Below are positions 58,204-64,000 of a stretch of DNA of 64,000 bases, piece by piece (the first letter of the stretch is position 1; each line of letters opens with the position of its first letter). A program made the translations under genes and the position numbers. Origin of the DNA: Laetmonice hystrix (Eukaryota); assembly GCA_965235115.1 (NCBI GenBank), contig OZ249442.1, positions 2,790,001 through 2,854,000 on the forward strand. Direction: 5' to 3'. Under the pieces are notes generated by a model. It was not told where the DNA came from, searched no databases, and saw only the letters and a list, made by a program, of their open reading frames with translations.

Positions 58204-58737
58204 ATCTGATACACTATAACAATGATGATAATACTTACTTTGTATAGAAGTATAATATTATTCTAATGTTATCACATCAATATCTGACACTGGTAAACAT
58301 AACAACGTAGGGGGCCTATAACTGTTGGCAGGGGGGAATCCGGGGATTTGTCAGGGTGCCCCTTAATCCTGAAAATAGGGTGCGCAAGAGTGGTACAGGG
58401 CCGCCCCTCCCGGCCCCGCCCCCCACCCCCGGGTAGCCATCACTGCTCGGTACCGCCCCCCGATTGTATGATCCCGCCACCAGCGGCATGCCCTCCGTCA
58501 CGGCCACAATAGACCCATTCTGTCCGGCTGACAGACCCCACTGTGACTGGCTTCTCTCGGGGCCCATTCTCTGCCCCCTCCCAGCACCTCCTGGCCCTCT
58601 AACTATGCGCCCCCACCCTCCACCCACAGCACACCATTTCTTCTCTCCTTGACAATCCTCTATCTGGGTATACGCACTCATAATCCATCGCATCTTGATC
58701 CTCTGAAGTCACAACCATCTCCAGAATATTGTACGGA

Positions 58738-59388
58738 AAATTGGAGTTCGTATACTATGGAAAGTAGTTGGAAACTCACCATATAAGTAACTTAAATTGG
58801 AGTCCGTATACTATGGAAAGTAGTTGGAAACTCGCCATATAAGTAACTTAAGTCCGTATACTCTATGGAAAGTAGTTGGAAACTCGCCATATAAGTAACT
58901 TAAATTGGAGTCCGTATACTATGGAAAGTAGTGGGAAACTCGCCATATAAGTAACTTAAATTGGAGTCCGTATACTATGGAAAGCAGTTGGAAACTCGCC
59001 ATATAAGTAACTTAAATTGGAGTCCGTATACTATGGAAAGTAGTTGGAAACTCGCCATATAAGTAACTTAAATTGGAGTCCGTATACTATGGAAAGTAGT
59101 TGGAAACTCGCCATATAAGTAACTTAAATTGGAGTCCGTATACTATGGAAAGTAGTTGGAAACTCGCCATATAAGTAACTTAAGTCCGTATACTATGGAA
59201 AGTTGGAAACTCGCCATATAAGTAACTTAAGTCCGTATACTATGGACAGCAGTTGGAAACTCGCCATATAAGTAACTTAAGTCCGTATACTCTATGGAAA
59301 GTAGTTGGAAACTCGCCATATAAGTAACTTAAGTCCGTATACTCTATGGAAAGTAGTTGGAAACTCGCCATATATAAGTAACTTAAAT
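58738..59388. repeat. 49-56-bp tandem repeat x~12
   Basis: GGAGTCCGTATACTATGGAAAGTAGTTGGAAACTCGCCATATAAGTAACTTAAATT units. Confidence 0.94.
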
Positions 59389-59989
59389 CATCTGTCTCTG
59401 ACCGGCTCCTACAGCGAGTCAAGGTCTGCATCGTGCAGTAATTATCTTCCGCTAGATTACAGTCGACCAGCTGAGACCTTCATTTAGTCAGCCCCCCAGA
59501 CAGAGCTAACATACTGACGTCTGAGGACTGAGGTCCTGACTGATGTCTGAGGACTGAGGTCCTGTAGAGACATCAATGGAGGTCAGCAATACTGAGCACA
59601 GCTGAGCAGATAACTGACCCGGCCATGCTCATTTTACAGACAACAAGTATTATTACAGTATTATTCAGATTATTGGGCCATAATTTCCCGGCTAATATGC
59701 AGTGGTTGTCAGGTTGTTGATCAGGTGAATATTGACGGGTTAATTACTGCGTCCCTACCACAGCCTCATGCATCATAAAGCCCCACTGGTCCACCCGATT
59801 TATGCGTTCATTATACAGCAGTCCGTGGTTGCCAAACCGGATTATAAATACCGGACTTGGAGCCTCGGTCTAGACATTAGATCATGAATTACTTATAATA
59901 CGGCCAAAGTTCACCTCCTACTCCACTGTCAACCTCCGCCAGACTCCCTCGGATACTGTAGCATACTACCGTGGCCACAATAATGTTAA

Positions 59990-60274
59990 AGTAGCACCCT
60001 AAATTCCTCAAATATTTACCTTTGAACCCAAGTGCCACCATGTTAAAATGTCAGGTTTGAGCGATAAGCGAAAGATTTAAAAAAATGGAATGGAAAAATA
60101 TGTCACCGCTGTCCTCCTGGCTTCCACTCCAATTCCGATGCCATATTTGGACATAATCTATGACCTATTACCGCTAGCTTCCAGCCCACGCTGGCTTCAC
60201 AACTAGTCGGGCTGAACGTTAACTCGGGGCCCTCATATAACTCCATTAATATTTCAGGAATTTAGGGTGCCACT
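59990..60274. mobile_element. TTAA-flanked MITE (Kolobok/T2-like), copy 2
   Basis: TTAA|AGTAGCACCCTAAATTCCT...AGGAATTTAGGGTGCCACT|TTAA. Confidence 0.65.
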
Positions 60275-61844
60275 TTAATACGACACAAATTAAAGACGCG
60301 ATTTCTGGTTTCCCATAGTCTTTTATTCACGGTGCAAACTCTGTAGTGTTTATACTGAGGCAATTGGTCACACAAAACTCGTTACATCTGCTTTCTTTTC
60401 TTTGCCTCGTTTAATTTAAAACATTATTTGCCTTGTTTTGAATATATACAGTATAATCTCCCTTTCCCCTCAAAATACATGAATGTAAACTTGGCTTCGG
60501 CATATACCAGTTCTACTAACGTATACAAAACGTTGTAAGCACAGAATCCCTGGCCTTCGCCAACTTTAAACCTTCCAACCTTCCACTACGTTTTCTCGTA
60601 TTGCCCATATTTTAGTCTGAACCATACCTCATCGTGAAGTATGCTGCTGTAGACCACCTCGCACATCTCTTAGAAATAACTCTCAAACCGCTCACCAAAC
60701 GATGGGTGCTAGCCTGTCATGACATATTACATGTCATGGACTCTCACAGATGTAAAGGATATAATTTATGGATGAAGAGAAGCCGAAACATTATGTTAGT
60801 CAGGAAATCCACAAGGTAGTCTGTCAGAATGATTCATTCCGCCAGGTTCTAAGGTTTACCGACAACTGCTGTCAGGTTTTCACACGCCAAAAACTCTTTC
60901 CTCACATAAATTCAGAACTTTTTCAACCAAACATCGCTTTTATAGATATTTTTCATAGTATACCTGACTTATTTTTGTAATGTTCTTAAAAGCCAGCACC
61001 ATTTAGAAGTGTTCGCTCCCGGGAAACCTGACGTTGCATCGATTAGTAGCAAAAATGTATTCGTTTGGTAAGACTTACACAATTTGTTTTTATCAAAATA
61101 TCCGACTGTACTGAAATAAGCGAAACCAAAGAAAACTGTCCAGATATATTCTGGAACTATTTCAAAATAAGTAACTTCTAAAGGACTGATAAACTGCCAC
61201 GCAGTCCAACGAATCGAAGTAAGGTTATCAGGTACACTCCGCCTTGTAAGTCTGGAGATAACACAAGGCACGTTTTGATATTCGCGAATTCCTTCAGTTC
61301 AAAGAAACTTTGTACATAATTCTTCCTTTGATATACTCGATAAAACGGCTGAATCGAAGAGTAGTCGACCTGAGGATATTATCCTTTCCTGTTTGAACAA
61401 AAATCATAAGTATTCACTTTATGACCAGCCCAGTTTTCATCTCAGGTATAAAGTAACTTTATGTGTGATTGAAGTATAAATGTCGCAATCACAAGACCAC
61501 GGGAGAGCATACTTGATTTCTGCTCCAATTCTGTGCTTTTTTCTACTTTTTTTGGGTGCCAAATAACCCCGCAGAGTCACCCTCCGAACACGCCGGAACT
61601 ACATGTCGGCACCGTCGCAATGTGCGACTCGCTCGTAAACTTGTGGCTCACACGCCATTTGGTCTGCTTAGTACATCTGTGGGTGTTTCAACCGTGAAGG
61701 CTGGTTTAGAATTGATGCAGTTCTACACCATTCCACCCGCTTACTGCAGGCTCCTGGCACCGCCCGGACAAGCACAGGGCCAGACCTGAGAGGGTCCTAT
61801 ATCGTAAAACACAAGCTGTGGGGACATCAAATATAGGATGACGT

Positions 61845-64000
61845 GTCCATTCTATGTTAATGATCGCGTACCAGGGCCATATCACCTTTGGTCAGACTCT
61901 ATCTCACACGAACTCACGGTTCTCATGTCCATTGTATGTTAATGATCGCGTACCAGGGCCATATCACCTTTGGTCAGACTCTATCTCACACGAACTCACG
62001 GTTCTCCATGTCCATTGTATGTTAATGATCGCGTACCAGAGCCATATCACCTTTGGTCAGACTCTATCTCACACGAACTCACGGTTCTCATGTCCACTGT
62101 ATGTTAATGATCGCGTACCAGGGCCATATCACCTTTGGTCAGACTCTATCTCACACGAACTCACGGTTCATCATGTCCATTGTATGTCAATGATCGCGTA
62201 CCAGGGCCATATCACCTTTGGTCAGACTCTATCTCACACGAACTCACGGTTCTCCATGTCCATTGTATGTTAATGATCGCGTACCAGGGCCATATCACCT
62301 TTGGTCAGACTCTATCTCACACGAACTCACGGTTCTCATGTCTATTGTTAATGATCGCGTACCAGGGCCATATCACCTGTGGTCAGACTCTATCTCACAC
62401 GAACTCACGGTTCTCATGTCCATTGTATGTTAATGATCGCGTACCAGGGCCATATCACCTTTGGTCAGACTCTATCTCACACGAACTCACGGTTCTCCAT
62501 GTCCATTGTATGTTAATGATCGCGTACCAGGGCCATATCACCTTTGGTCAGACTCTATCTCACACGAACTCACGGTTCTCCATGTCCATTGTATGTTAAT
62601 GATCGCGTACCAGGGCCATATCACCTTTGGTCAGACTCTATCTCACACGAACTCACGGTTCTCAATGTCCATTGCATGTTAATGATCGCGTACCAGGGCC
62701 ATATCACCTTTGGTCAGACTCTATCTCACACGAACTCACGGTTCATCATGTCCATTGTATGTTAATGATCGCGTACCAGGGCCATATCACCTTTGGTCAG
62801 ACTCTATCTCACACGAACTCACGGTTCTCATGTCTATTGTTAATGATCGCGTACCAGGGCCATATCACCTGTGGTCAGACTCTATCTCACACGAACTCAC
62901 GGTTCTCATGTCCATTGTATGTTAATGATCGCGTACCAGGGCCATATCACCTTTGGTCAGACTCTATCTCACACGAACTCACGGTTCTCATGTCCATTGT
63001 TAATGATCGCGTACCAGGGCCATATCACCTTTGGTCAGACTCTATCTCACACGAACTCACGGTTCTCATGTCCATTGTTAATGATCGCGTACCGGGGCCA
63101 TATCACCTTTGGTCAGACTCTATCTCACACGAACTCACGGTTCTCATGTCCATTGTATGTTAATGATCGCGTACCAGGGCCATATCACCTTTGGTCAGAC
63201 TCTATCTCACACGAACTCACGGTTCTCCATGTCCATTGTATGTTAATGATCGCGTACCAGGGCCATATCACCTTTGGTCAGACTCTATCTCACACGAACT
63301 CACGGTTCTCCATGTCCATTGTATGTTAATGATCGCGTACCAGGGCCATATCACCTTTGGTCAGACTCTATCTCATACGAACTCACGGTTCATCATGTCC
63401 ATTGTATGTTAATGATCGCGTACCAGGGCCATATCACCTTTGGTCAGACTCTATCTCACACGAACTCACGGTTCTCATGTCCATTGTATGTTAATGATCG
63501 CGTACCAGGGCCATATCACCTGTGGTCAGACTCTATCTCACACGAACTCACGGTTCTCCATGTCCACTGTATGTTAATGATCGCGTACCAGGGCCATATC
63601 ACCTTTGGTCAGACTCTATCTCACACGAACTCACGGTTCTCAATGTCCATTGCATGTTAATGATCGCGTACCAGGGCCATATCACCTTTGGTCAGACTCT
63701 ATCTCACACGAACTCACGGTTCATCATGTCCATTGTATGTTAATGATCGCGTACCAGGGCCATATCACCTTTGGTCAGACTTTATCTCACACGAACTCAC
63801 GGTTCTCATGTCCATTGTATGTTAATGATCGCGTACCAGGGCCATATCACCTTTGGTCAGACTCTATCTCACACGAACTCACGGTTCTCATGTCCATTGT
63901 ATGTTAATGATCGCGTACCAGGGCCATATCACCTTTGGTCAGACTCTATCTCACACGAACTCACGGTTCTCATGTCCATTGTATGTTAATGATCGCGTAC
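61845..64000. repeat. 79-83-bp tandem repeat x>26, truncated by the window end
   Basis: ATGTTAATGATCGCGTACCAGGGCCATATCACCTTTGGTCAGACTCTATCTCACACGAACTCACGGTTCTC... units. Confidence 0.97.

Noticed and set aside
15997-64000. Tandem arrays as CRISPR arrays
   Set aside because: The units are head-to-tail with no unique spacers, no cas genes are present, and the context is spliced eukaryotic genes.
43087-64000. Syntrophin PH1a/PDZ exons inside the window
   Set aside because: No GLGISIKGG, MPILISKI or HDEAV-type exon with splice sites was found. The HGHDEE word at ~50420 is part of the tandem repeat.

Overview
Eukaryotic (animal, probably marine invertebrate/lophotrochozoan-like) genomic DNA. There is no bacterial operon structure and no CRISPR array. 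The window holds three intron-containing genes that I assembled by hand from GT-AG junctions and reading-frame continuity: a complete MCM4 (minus strand, 15 coding exons, 903 aa), a complete mitochondrial malonyl-CoA:ACP transacylase MCAT (plus strand, 4 exons, 498 aa, head-to-head with MCM4), and the 3' part of an alpha/beta-type syntrophin (minus strand, about 23.2-43.1 kb; no PH1/PDZ exons were found, so they probably lie beyond the window end). Introns are crowded with minisatellites, MITEs, a 2.28-kb Harbinger/PHIS-type element carrying THAP and SAP relics, and two nested Helentron-like non-autonomous elements. Main observations: (1) tandem repeats repeatedly seeded on, and amplifying, splice donors or acceptors, including 14 in-frame donor copies in MCAT and 12 intact acceptor copies in syntrophin; (2) an unannotated-looking duplicated alternative last exon and a candidate 27-nt microexon in syntrophin; (3) a TTA-flanked transposon with convergent THAP and SAP genes inside an MCM4 intron; (4) arrays made of CTCF-like or E-box/CCAAT/CRE motifs. 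Family names come from motif recognition, not database searches.
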